NCBI GenBank assembly: GCA_026026165.1
Contig: JAPEUD010000093.1
Span: 1-64,000, forward strand
From: Sarea resinae
Lineage: Eukaryota
Reading direction: 5' to 3'
DNA length: 64,000 nt
Position numbers and translations under genes: made by a program. This document shows, piece by piece, positions 1 to 11,765 of the stretch. The notes under the pieces are model-generated. The model was not told the origin of the DNA. It ran no database searches and saw nothing but the letters and a program-made list of their open reading frames with translations. Within the stretch, counting starts at the first letter, position 1; the number at the start of each line of letters is the position of its first letter.

Positions 1-125
1 ACCCTAACCCTAACCCTAACCCTAACCCTAACCCTAACCCTAACCCTAACCCTAACCCTAACCCTAACCCTAACCCTAACCCTAACCCTAACCCTAACCC
101 TAACCCTAACCCTAACCCTAACCCT
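1..125. repeat. Telomeric repeat (CCCTAA)n, chromosome end
   Basis: About 20 perfect CCCTAA units from base 1 (TTAGGG on the minus strand). Confidence 0.99.
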
Positions 126-149
126 TCAACAAAAATTGGTACACACTAT

Positions 150-900
150 GTGTTATCAGATCGTTTGATAAAGTACTTTGATTTAGTACTTTGTGTTTGC
201 AATTGCGCAAAATATAAGACGTTCGACAGAATTTGCCCCGATACTAGTATGTATCTTTATCAGATCTCTTAGTTATCAGATCTAGTGGTAATGTACATCT
301 GTTAGGTACATCGCAATCTTTTGCAAAGTGCCTGAAATCTGAGACGTCCGACGAAATTGTCGGAGAGCGAGTACGTACCGACGTTATCAGATCCCGTGAT
401 AATGTACTCTGATCGGGTATCCTGCGCATAGAAAGTGCCCGAACTCTGAGACGTTCGACGGAAATTGTCGGAAAACTCTAGTACGTAGCGAGTTTATCAG
501 ATCGCATGATAATCTCTATCTGTCTGGTGCATCACGATCTTTTGGTGCCTGAAATCTGAGACGTTCGACGAAGATTGTCAACAGTCAGTACGCACCGATA
601 TTATCAGATCGTGTGATAATGATCTTCTATTGGTACGTACCCGAACGTATCAGATCCTTTAATGATGTACCTTGATCGTGCATATTTGCGCAGAATCTGA
701 GACGTTCGACGATTTTTAGGTTTTAGTCGATTTCCGTCGGACGTCTCAGAAACCGCCGTCCAAATGTGAGACGTTCGACGATTTTCGGGTTTCGGTCCCA
801 AGTCGTCGGACGTCTCAGAAACCGCCATCCAAATGTGAGACGTTCGACGATTTCGGGTTTCGGTCAATTTCCGTCGAACATCTCACACGACCGCCCAAAT
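150..900. repeat. Subtelomeric degenerate tandem array: ~110-bp units followed by ~70-bp hairpin-containing units
   Basis: TTATCAGATC at 153, 257, 273, 384, 494, 601. GAGACGTYCGACG at ~341, 448, 558, 699, 767, 837. Inverted copies GTCGGACGTCTC at ~736 and ~806. Confidence 0.9.
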
Positions 901-2175
901 TTGGTAAAGGAAGATTCGCCATGTATCGTCGGTTGATGGCTACAATGTCAACTACGATGTCAGAGAGTTATGGCACAGGATGAAGGAGATGGTGAGGACG
1001 GCAAAGGAAGATCACCACTCGAAATTGGGAAGATCAGCAGAGGAAGAAGTGCGACGCGGCCGCGGTGGAGCTCGAGAAGCAAGCTCGCTCTCGAGACCGT
1101 GCAAGGCAAGATTCCGGTACGCCTCGGGATGAGCTAGGCTCTGATATGGACGTCAGCAGTGTCTCACTTGGCCCACAGCACGCCTATCGAGTTCCTTTGC
1201 CGCTTCGGGTATACCGGTAGCTGCCTGATACGATATGCGGGATGGCGTGTTAGGCCTGCGGCGAGACGCCAAATCGGCTGGATCAGACATGTGGGATAGC
1301 GCAGTGTGTAATCGTCAAGTCATCGGACCCGCGGCGCCGTTGCGATGACAGGAAATCGAGCAAACCTGTGCGAGACCTTTCGTTGGAGGCCGATCGGTGG
1401 GTGCCAGGTTGAGGACTGGATGGGGGTGAGTTCAGCTTCGGCACGGTATGGACGGCCACCGGTGGTGCTCGATCTTTGCCAAGTCCGACCTAGAGGATGT
1501 CAGCCAAACGATATGGTAGGATGGGCTTCCTTGTTTGTCTCCAGACGCGGACTGTCCATTGTCCCCAGACCACTTGACAATTTCTGACCGTCGAGAAAGT
1601 ATCCACATTGTCTCCGCCATTCCGCTCGAGGGTACTAATGTCACATCCGCTCGACATCCTTGAAGAGAATGGTCAGTTTGCCAGGCAAGGGCAAAGTCCG
1701 ATGGTACTGCACGAGTGTGAGAAAGCTGGGGAGAAAGAAGAATAGCAAGCTCGTGCTATTCCAAGAACGCGGAATTCGAAGAGCTTCCTCGAATGTAAAG
1801 AATGGAAGAACAAACGGAAAAGGATATGGCGCAGAGGCGGTGCGAGCGTCGTGGGAAGAGAGATGGAAGCCGTCTATGACTCCATGTGTAGAGGTCATCC
1901 GAATCCGAGGTTTGATGTCCCTAGATATGTGTCGGTCAGCGAGGCTAATATAAGCAAAGACGGGAGACTCACCTGATATTAGCAGACAGCGCAAAGACGG
2001 GAGACTAAGGTCCATCATTAGGGCCCAAAGGACCCGGACCCGTCCCCCTCAGCAAGTAAGAGAGTCAAATCCTAAGGAGGGGAGCCCGAAGGCTCACGCC
2101 GTCCCGAGACAGGAAACCAAAGGTTCACCACGTCTCTAGGGGAAGGTAACCAGAGGTTACGCTGTCCCGTGTGTG

Positions 2176-2503
2176 GGTGGGTGTGTCACGGGGGGGAATC
2201 CGAAGAGTCAACGCCGCCCGATCGAGAAACCAACTCCAAGTCTTGCAGAGGGGAACCCGAGAGCTCAGCACCATGAGCTTGACATGGGAGAGGTGGAGAG
2301 GTGGAGAGGTGGCCAGAGGCTCCCAATCTCCAGTGGTGTGGGTGTGTCACGGAGGGGACTCCGGAGAGTCAACACCGCCCGATCGAGAAACCAACTCCAA
2401 GTCTTGCCCGAGAGCTCAGCACCATGAGCTTGACATGGGATTGGGGAGAGGTGGAGAGGTGGAGCGGTAGCCAGAGGCTCCCAAGCTCCAGTGGTGTGGG
2501 TGT
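2176..2503. repeat. Tandem direct duplication, two ~160-bp copies
   Basis: GGGTGTGTCACGG...GATCGAGAAACCAACTCCAAGTCTTGC...GAGAGCTCAGCACCATGAGCTTGACATGGGA...GCCAGAGGCTCCCAA occurs twice. Confidence 0.9.
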
Positions 2504-3967
2504 GAAGAAGAGAAATGAAGAAGTCGATCGGACTGGAGGGATTTGGGGAAGGAAGTTGGGGAATTACCGGGCAACCGTATTCTGAAGCTCGATGCGTGCT
2601 TACCTCAGCAGGCTCAGACCATAGATTACGTGGACCCGGATCAACATCCGGCCCGTTCGGATGAGTGACTAATCATTCCCAAAAGGGAAATCCACGAAGC
2701 TATGCAACTGCCTAATTAGGCAATAGTTTAGCAGACCACTTGACCTACTTCCTAAGCACGCAAGGTGCTTGGGGTTTGCTGCTACCACTGGGCTATTCCA
2801 CGACCAAGGCACTCATGGTAAGCATGTGCTCATTCGACCAAGTCAGCAAGAAGCGCAAGGATGACGCTGCCTGTCTCTGCTATTCCCGCTTCAACCCCTC
2901 GTCTCGACACCTCTACATCTCGACCATGGTGTAACATGGCTGCTCCAGCGCGACTTGTTCACCGTTCACACTTTGCCTCTTTCACGCAGCGCAAGATGGA
3001 AAGTTTTCGCAATGCTTAGTGAGTTGGCTTTTTATTTCTTGTTTGCGTGCGTCACAAGCTCAATTGATCCGCTGCTGATCTCAACTATAGCAGCCTTACT
3101 ACGTCCGGATAACCCTCTGTCAGCTTACAATTACATCGCGACAAGTTTTCTATCTACTGTCTACAACACATAGCAATCAACTATCTCACTACTGGCCTAC
3201 TCATTTCCCTAGCGCCGCAGAGCTCCTAAGATACAAGACTTAAGGTTGTCATCCTAAACCTTTTCCCACCTTACAACTACCTAACTAGATGAACAACGCA
3301 ATAGGGAAATGCGTCTGTTAGGTGTGAGAGGAATAGACCAGGAGGCCGGCCCCAGTCGAGGATCTCAAGTCGCGCAACTTAACATAGGCCTAATAGGTGG
3401 CTAATCTAGTCTGTTGCTGTCATATACCATCCAATCGCTAGCCAGTACTTTGCGAGTCATTAGGCAGATCTCGGCATCTTCTGACACTAATCTCTGAGTC
3501 TACGAATCGCAGCCAGGGAATCTAGACGCAAGGGCGCTTTAGTAGGGCAGCGTATACAATAAAAACTAGTCAGAGGTATAGAGTGTCATCGACGTGCTCA
3601 AACTCTGTCAGTGGTGGCCTCGGTCGGCGAAAAGCATCGCCTTATCTGTTGATCGCATTTGATCCTGTTTGCTGGTCTCTTAACTGTTTCTCAAATGGAA
3701 TTTCGTTCTTCTTTTCTTCTGCGTCGTATGCGATCTCTAGTCTCCTCACCACCTTCCGAATATGAAAATATTGCTTCCTTGTTGGTTTCTTTTTGTTTTA
3801 GAAGACTGTTGATAAAATACCGAGCCTAGTCTCTTCGTGCCATTGCAATCGCGCATGCTGTCAACACGTGATAGAATGTCCCGTTCGAAAAGACAGAGTT
3901 GCTGAAGTCGACAGGGTGATCTAAAATGTCTAAGGAGATTAGGTAGGTATTCTTTGAACCCGCCTAG

Positions 3968-3988
3968 CCCCCCCCCCCCCCCCCCCCC
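3968..3988. repeat. Poly-C homopolymer (~21 nt)
   Basis: Read directly. Confidence 0.95.
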
Positions 3989-4499
3989 GGTCAGCAAGGA
4001 ATTCTCTTGTCGCTAACAAGGCCACAGACTATATACATCGTGAAGCTTCTCTTATAGGTGTGACTGTCTGTATGCCAGTCCGGCCCTTATCGCAAGTTGC
4101 TAAAGCAGAACCAAACAGACTAACCTCTTGCGCTGTTGTCATCTCAAAATTTCCTGAGCCACGCATCTGCTTCAAGCTTTTAATACTCTTAAAAGACAAT
4201 GCTCACAGTACAGGTGATCTCCTTAGGGAATCCGGAATGTAGAACAGCAAAGTCATCTGAATGACAAGGCAAATTCAAGAATGCTGACGCAAGTGAACAT
4301 AGGTAGGCCTATAGCTTTGTGTTTCACCAAACAAACCAAGCTTCACATCTATCATCCGCGCAGGAATATAGGCTCTAGCAGGAAATTCGAGTTTTCTATC
4401 AGCTATCATTCGACGCTCTTTATCTAGAACCGCTTTAAGGCCTGATATCTATCAGGTCTTTCACTCTAGAATTACTGCGATTCAGCCTCCTACAGACCA

Positions 4500-6060
4500 G
4501 TCTGAAGTCCACCTTGACACGACCCAGTCTCGAGCCAAGTCCACCCCAACAGAGCACATCGGCATAGTTTGTGTAGGTCCTTCGTCGCTAAAGCACGACC
4601 TGACCCCACCCGCGAAAGGCTTAAAAGAGCGCGGGTTCTTCGACGACAGCATCCTAACACATACCGTTTGAGCTCTACACGATATCAGGCTGCCGATATC
4701 ACTAGCCCAATATCCTCTACCTGTGTTCAGCAAAGAGAGATAAAGGCGCTAAAGGCCGAACTCGCCCAAACGCAACACGAACTAAATATGTGCTAGAGGA
4801 AGCTAGAAGACTCACAGAATAACCTACTTGCTCTACACAAACAAGGTCCTTACTAAGAAAGTGCATGTTTAGGGTCTTGATTCTCAGAACGTGCAGGGTG
4901 ACATGATTAGGATCCAGTCCTATGTCAGCGTTGCAATAGAGGAATCTGAGAGCCAGAGTCATAGCATAGTCACAGCAGCAAAGGATATAGAAAAATAGGC
5001 AGTGGTTCTGCGTACAGATCTCTAGGACTAGAAGACTAAGTTTGAAGAGACAGTAGACGCTTATCTAGAGGGCATACAGGACCACGTAATAGCCTACTCG
5101 ACTTTATAGACCGCTACTATAGAAGTTTGTCCTAATAATCAATCTCTACTGCGTCTGATACTAGAGCCTAGTTTAAGACTGTGTTATTACACCTGCTAGA
5201 GATAAATAGATACAAAGTCAAACCTATAAAGAATAGATATATACTAAAGACTAAATTTAAGACTGTTACAAGCTATTACAAAATAATATAGATACTTCTA
5301 GAAGCTTTTACACACCTATAGAAGCTAATATAATATAGTAGAACTTCTTAGAATAGTCTAGATAGAACTACTTAGAAGTCTAGAAAACACCTTATATACT
5401 ACTTAGTAAAATAATCTAAAACTTTATCATAACTTAGAGATCTAGTGCTAGTATCTAGTCTATTATAAAGCTATTATCTAGCTAGTTTAGCGTATAATTT
5501 TTAGTAAGTAGCTATTTTGCTAAGAGAAAAGATAATAGAAAACTTATAAGACTATATTCTAACTTTCTTATAAAGTAAATACTACTACTAGTTATATCTA
5601 TATTATAACTACTTTATATATCTATAGCTAAATCTCTGAGTTTATAATATATAATTGTTCTAGACTTGTACTTCTTATAACTTATAAGAGCTACTTTAGA
5701 TAGAGATACTAGGTATATATAGCTCTATATATTATAGAGAAAGTAATATTTAGGTATACTAAGTAGAGCTATAATGATATATATTTATAAGAGCGCTAGC
5801 TATTAGAGCTAGTATTTAGTATAGTATAAAGTTTCTATCTACTAGTAACCTACAAGTATTACTAAGAGATAGTCTAAAGGTTATTATATAAATTTAGTTC
5901 TATAATTATTAGAAGATTAAGACGTCTGTTTATAGTCTGTAACAGTCTAAACACTTTGAATTACAAGACTATTACATACACCTATAGAAGTTCTATAGTA
6001 TTTTACAACCTAAAGAGGTGTAAATTCAGAGGTTTATATAGATGATAATAAACGTAAAAT
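4500..6060. pseudogene. RIP-degraded relic: coding-like remnant grading into an AT-rich TpA-enriched tract; original identity not recoverable
   Basis: Coiled-coil-like fragment (QQREIKALKAELAQTQHELNMC) ends in TAG; from ~5100 the sequence is saturated with TA/TAG/CTA and poor in CA/TG. Confidence 0.7.
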
Positions 6061-6109
6061 ACATAAAAGCGATCGTGCAACATAGAGGAAATAAGAAGCT
6101 AGCGAGTCT

Positions 6110-7964
6110 GAATCATGCTACTCTTGTCCTAAGCGACTTCCTCCTACTATTCTCTTTCCTTTGATTCCTAATAATGAATATCGAATAACTGTTGATGATC
6201 TGATCAGTCAGTCCCATCTGTCCCTGTGAGATGAAACTCGCTGAGACGCAAGATTGTTCGATGTCGAGTCGATACTGTTGTCGTTTCTGATACTAGTTGT
6301 CGATGACTTGGCGACCAAGTGCGGGATCAGGAGTCTGAGAAGCCCACACTGATTTTGCAAGCAGGTCTGCGAACCTTATCTTCTGGTACGATGCTTCCTC
6401 CTTTGTCTTAACAAGGCTTGCATCGATCCTTATAGCTATCCATGATCATGCCAGTTTCATTCAGTCCAATGTGATTGACGCAATTAACTGATGATTGCGA
6501 TTCCATATGCTGGTGGAATATCCCTGGGTAGACTGACGGTGCCAGGCTAGATCCCTTGTTTGTGTCGAGACCCATGTTGCCAAACGCAAATGAGTGAGTC
6601 TTCTGGCGACGCGGTATCGGCGACTGGTCCAGCTGACGGCCTCTTTTGGCTTGATGGGGTTGGAGTGTATGGGGCCCGCAATGAGGTAGGATCGTAATAG
6701 CTTTCGTCTATCGGGTCAACTGCCTTGGTCGGGGACATTGGTGCTAGTGCGTGCTGACTTGGAAGAGCGATTCGCCGCCTTCTCGTTCATGACCACCATT
6801 ACTGTCTGCTCTCACTTTGCCGAGTTGTCATTGCAAATGAATAAAAGCTCTATCGCTTTCGGTCTTGTCTCGCAATATCGGCATGTAGTGAACCTCGCTC
6901 CGTGTGACCGCTGTTCCTTGATCCCTCACGTATCTGTCCACCGACACGTCAATTTGGGTCGTGCGAGTCGTGACAGTTCCAAGGCGACGTTCCAAGGCGA
7001 CGTTCCAAGGCGACGAATGATGGGCATCCCCTGCAATGGTTGCAAAGATGGCTCGCTTGGGCTCGGGGTCGGTTTTCATGGCGCTGATAATGGCCCCATT
7101 CGTGACAACGTTCCTTGACTGTGATTGTGTCGCCATGTTGTTGATTCCTGACTCGGGTAGCTCTTTGTCGTTCTGATCGCGCATGTGCTAGAGTCTAATA
7201 GATGGATGTTGTCCGGGAATAGGTGAAGCCATGAATTGCTCGGTGATGAAGGATTAGTCGCTCTGATCAGACACCAAGCGCTGACGAGTTTGCTCTGAAG
7301 TGATGATCGCAAGGTGATGATCTTGATGGCTAGCGAAGACAGGAAGAAGAAGACGTGGGCTGTCTGCGTCAATTGAGCCAGCTAAGGAATAGTCATGTGC
7401 TTGGCTCAGCGTTGAATGACTGATGAAGTTGATGTGCAGTAGGATCTAGATCGTCGAGTAAATCTCCCGTTCTCGCAAACAATCCTCAATGCTGAATGGC
7501 GCGTCACCGCGCATTCCCACGATTCCTCTAGCTGGGCGAGGTGGGTTGGCATTGGCGTCCTTTCGATGCTGGGGCGGACGGCGACCTTGCTGCTTCTGAG
7601 CCTTTGTTGCTCGGTCATCTGGCTCACGAGATTCATCGCATCTCTGTTTCTCGGCAGCATCAGCGTCTTCGACTCGGTTTATCTCCATGTCATAGGCATC
7701 GACAAGATCCATGTCCTGATCTCCCGGATTCCAGACGCCCTGTCCCACCTCGACTTGATCCCCTGGTGCAACTCTTGCAGCACGAGACCTGGCAACACGT
7801 TTCATCACGCCTCGGCGTTCTGCATCTGTCGAAACCCTTGTGGAAGTGCGGCTGGTCTGGTAATGATCTTCCTCTCCACAATGGAAACAGATTACATGCC
7901 GTCTCAATTGTAATGAGACGATCCACTCGATGATCGATTTCAGGTCGAGGCACCAAACTGGCAA
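6110..7964 (-). pseudogene. Degraded coding region including a degenerate CCHC zinc knuckle
   Basis: ORF 7446-7964 contains CFHCGEEDHYQTSR (CX2CX4HX4, last Cys replaced by Arg). Downstream minus-strand coding-like frames are broken by isolated stops (e.g. TAG at ~6293-6295). Confidence 0.4.
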
Positions 7965-8367
7965 GATATCTCACTGATGAACCAAATCAAAAAGGACTGG
8001 TGGTGTGGTGCACTTGCATTGCATTTCATGATGATATTACATGGAAGCGATTGTGCAATAAGAAAGTTCGAAATCGTTCCTCATCAGATGTAAATTCAGT
8101 GTAGAAAAGAAACAAGAGATATCACAAGACATGTATAAACTGACGCAATCTACATTCACAATTTGGACCCTTTCTGGAACGCGTTTGCCAATGTCAGTCT
8201 CTGCATTGATAACATGATAGATTTAGTCAGCGATGATCTTGAGCAGTCATATAGCTAATCATTTTCAATGGTTTCTTCAGCGAAATCGTTGTCAGAGTCC
8301 CTAATCGATGCTTGAGCCAAGGAGAGTCCTGCGGTAGAACACATGGGTTGGGTGAGATCATGATCGA

Positions 8368-10015
8368 CTATTGGTTTCGCCCCCTCCCTGACCGAAGTGG
8401 GCCGTCTCTTCGCAGAAAGGCTGACATAAACTCCCGGGCGCTTCCGATCACTTTCCAATGATGTTTGATTGTGCGTATTGGCTCGGCCGGGTCATCGGTT
8501 GCCAGGCCCTTCATGAGCTGTCTGAATGAGAAGAAGCAATAGCGGTCAAATACAAACGGACGGATCCCGGGAAATTTGTTGGCGTCTAACTTATCTCCAT
8601 CCAACTCGAGTACCACCACGGGATTCGCCAAGGGGAAACTTTCTCCGAATTTGATCCATGACTGAACGTTGACCGAACAGGCTTCGAACCCCTGTAACAG
8701 AATGGTGCAGTTTTCGGTGTCTTTAATGAGATCAAATATATCGTACAACTCGTGGAACCCCGTCTGTGCTTGCCCCCTGGCGCCAATCGGCGTCCTCGCA
8801 GATGTCCTTTGCCAGCTAATCGTTTTCTGTCGCCGGAATTTCATTCGCGCCTTGGTCTGAAACCAAGCTAGGCTTCGTAGGAGGCGATTTTTTACTTCTG
8901 TTGCCGGTAGAGCGGGTGCGGTGTGGGACCATCGGGCTATGACGATGGCGGCGTCTTTGGCTTTGTGCTCAAACCAAGATGACAGCAACAAGTTCTCTTC
9001 GTTATCTGGTGAGAAGGTTTTTGGTGAGACGGTTTTGAGAGGAGACATGGATGACTTAGTGGATGTGGAGGGAGACTTTTCCGACGGATCGACTTCGATA
9101 GTGTGACTCAGTGCGACTAAATGTACGTAGAGGAAATGGCTTCGTAGATGCTTCTTGATAGTGCCGCAATGATCCCAATGACAAGTCATCGAATTCGAAT
9201 CCACATGGGCGAATGTTACATGTTGGGCCAAGTGGTGTACCGTTTCAAAATTTCGGTCGCAGTTGCGCCATTTGCAACTAAATTTTACACGTATATGCGG
9301 CTTTTTTGTCTGTTGGGCTGGTGCTTCCAGTTTGCCTAGTTCCTGCATTACTTCTTCGAACTCGTCATCGAATCCGAATTCATCTGATAGGTCGGTCTGT
9401 TCGTGGTCTCTGGTCGATTCGGCCCTAACTCGAACAATCTACCCAAAGATGATTCCGCAATTAGCAGTCGGCAGACTGTAGCCAACAAGAGAACTCACTT
9501 GGTTTGGCTCTTGATCGACTCTGATTTCATCTGACAGGTCGGTCTGTTCGTGGTCTCCAGTCGATTCGGCCCCAGCTCGACCAAGCTACCCAAAGATGAT
9601 TCTGCAATTAGCAGTCGGCGGCCTGTAGCCAAACAAGAGAACTCACTTCGGATCGGAACTGTGCGGCTATCTTGTCTTCTATATCTTCTTCATCTTCCAC
9701 GGGATGACCTTTGTCCTTTGTTCCGACTTTAGGCTAGAAATTGTTAGTCTGAATTTTCATCTGCAAACAGCAACATCATCGCCGGCAATGACTAAACGTG
9801 TAGAGTGCTCAGACAAGACTCACTAAACCTGCATCCTCGTTCTGCTCTTGAAGCCGGCGTCGCTTTGCGGCCTCTCGTTGTTTTTTCCCTTTTCGTTTGG
9901 GCTTCGCTGAAGCTGTCAAGTTGTGCGTCAGTGCTGTACGATGAGGTGAGGGGCGAGATGACTTACCTGGGATGACTTGAGAGCTGTTCGTGCCTTCAGT
10001 ACTTTCTGCAGTCAT
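8368..10015 (-). CDS. C2H2 zinc-finger nuclear protein, 5 exons, ~460 aa, with an unknown C-terminal alpha/beta domain
   Basis: Exons 10015-9967, 9912-9824, 9733-9647, 9585-9499 and 9438-8368 join in frame via GTRAGT...YAG introns. Fingers CKWRNC..HVTFAH and CHWDHC..H..H; basic NLS-like KPKRKGKKQREAAKRRR. Confidence 0.8.
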
Positions 10016-10310
10016 TCTGTTCGTAAATTGTGTCAGTTCAGTCTAGGAAAGACAGACGCCATGGTGTGACTTGCGTGATAGCGAGATACCGACAAAAGTT
10101 GAGGATAATGTCTGTAATGATCAAAGCTTGCGTGATAGTGGGATACCGACACAAGGTGAGGATAATGTTTGTAATGATCAAAGACACAGGGCAAATCAAT
10201 GAATATGAACAAGGAGAAAGGAAAAGATTGCGAGCAGAGTTGCCTGTTTGTGGACGGGAGTGCTGAGTCCTAACAGTGCCGACCGAATTCAGTAGTTGGC
10301 GTTTGTACAC

Positions 10311-10388
10311 GGCAGTCGCTGCATCGTGGTGGAGGCAGTCGCTGCATCGTGGTGGAGGCAGTCGCTGCATCGTGGTGGAGGCAGTTGC
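10311..10388. repeat. 23-bp minisatellite, ~3.4 copies
   Basis: GGCAGTCGCTGCATCGTGGTGGA repeated. Confidence 0.9.
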
Positions 10389-10784
10389 TACCCTTTGTAG
10401 AAAGTCGAGGTGAGTGTATCAAATAGACAGGATAGCATCGAAGTAGTAGAATGCCTTACTCCACACGACAGAGAGTAAGTAGAGTTGTATCTGAAATTCA
10501 CCTTTCTAGAGTGACGTCCATTACCTGCATCAGTGTGTAATTTTCTTGTGTGACTGAACCCTACATTGGTGCCTCGACCCGGAATTTTGCATTGAGGGGA
10601 TTTCTCTCATCACGAACTGAGAACGGCCCTAGCAAGAGTGCATCCGGCCTGAGGGCGGACGTCACGTCTTGGCTCAGACGCGTGAAAGTTGTGTCGTGAG
10701 GATCTATCAATTACATCAAGTCGCTAGTCAACAGCAGCCTTGGTGATTGAGAAGTCATAGAAGTCATTAGAGCAACGTTTTATA

Positions 10785-11035
10785 GGAATCAGATCACAAG
10801 GAGCGAAGTTCATTTTTCATCTTTTAGATTACAAAGAGCGACTTTTGTCTTTCGCCCTATCACAAATAGCGAAGTTCATCTTTCAGATCACGAAGAGCAA
10901 AGTTCGTTCTTTGTCCTTCAGATTACAAAGGGCGAATTTTGTCTTTCATCCTACCACAAAGAGCGAAGTTTATCGGAGCAACGGTCTGCAAGAAGAATCA
11001 GATCACAAATAGCAAAGTTCGTTTTTCATCTTCAT
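10785..11035. repeat. Degenerate ~25-40-bp repeats
   Basis: AGATYACAARGAGCGAAGTT-like motif recurs about 7 times. Confidence 0.65.
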
Positions 11036-11765
11036 CTTTATTCTTCACTTTCATCTCATCTCGCGTTTCGTTCTACATTCCCTAAGAAGAGTTAGGAAGT
11101 CTGATGATCACAAACTTATCGCTGTTGAGGAGCGAGTCACGATCACGAATTACGTCAAGTTATAGCAATACTTCCCGACTATTGCTCATTACAGCGTCTC
11201 ACTCGAATTCATCAGAACTGTCCTGGAATCGCAGTGTCAGTGGAGAGTCTAGAGAAGACTACAGGGATACGCTGGAACAGAGGGATTTCAATCGATCGAT
11301 CAGGAATCTATCACCGTCAAAGGAAGATATCTGAAAGTCTTTGTCTGGAGGGCGGCTCAGCGGGAAGTCGGTCCAAATTGGCCATATATGATATACGAAC
11401 CGGCAAGTCATTCAGCGCGGCAAGCCAAAGCAGAAAGAACAGCAAAGCGAAGATGATATAGTCCTCAGGCAAGGATATGATCTTGCAGATTATCCACCAG
11501 ATCTATTGCCTGATCCAGACTGGTGGCCCTGATATGTCGACTTCCTAGCAGATGACGACTAGGACAATTGACCTCATTGACCTCACCACACCAGAGGTTA
11601 GGCACTGAGTGTTGAGTGTTATTCACCTACATCACATCAGGCCTTCACTTTACATGCGTCCGAATTAGGCCTGGATGTAGACGTCTTGACATCAAAATTC
11701 ACCGTCGCCTTGCAGCTCGCTTAAGGACTAAGATCATCAACATAAATATCTAGGTAAACTCGGGC

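Noticed and set aside
150..900. CRISPR-like array, or short ORFs 244-429 and 604-867
   Set aside because: Units are degenerate tandem repeats, and the ORFs simply translate the repeat
5480..5700. Possible kinesin/P-loop relic in the AT-rich tract
   Set aside because: Motif fragments could not be placed in one register; too degraded to support
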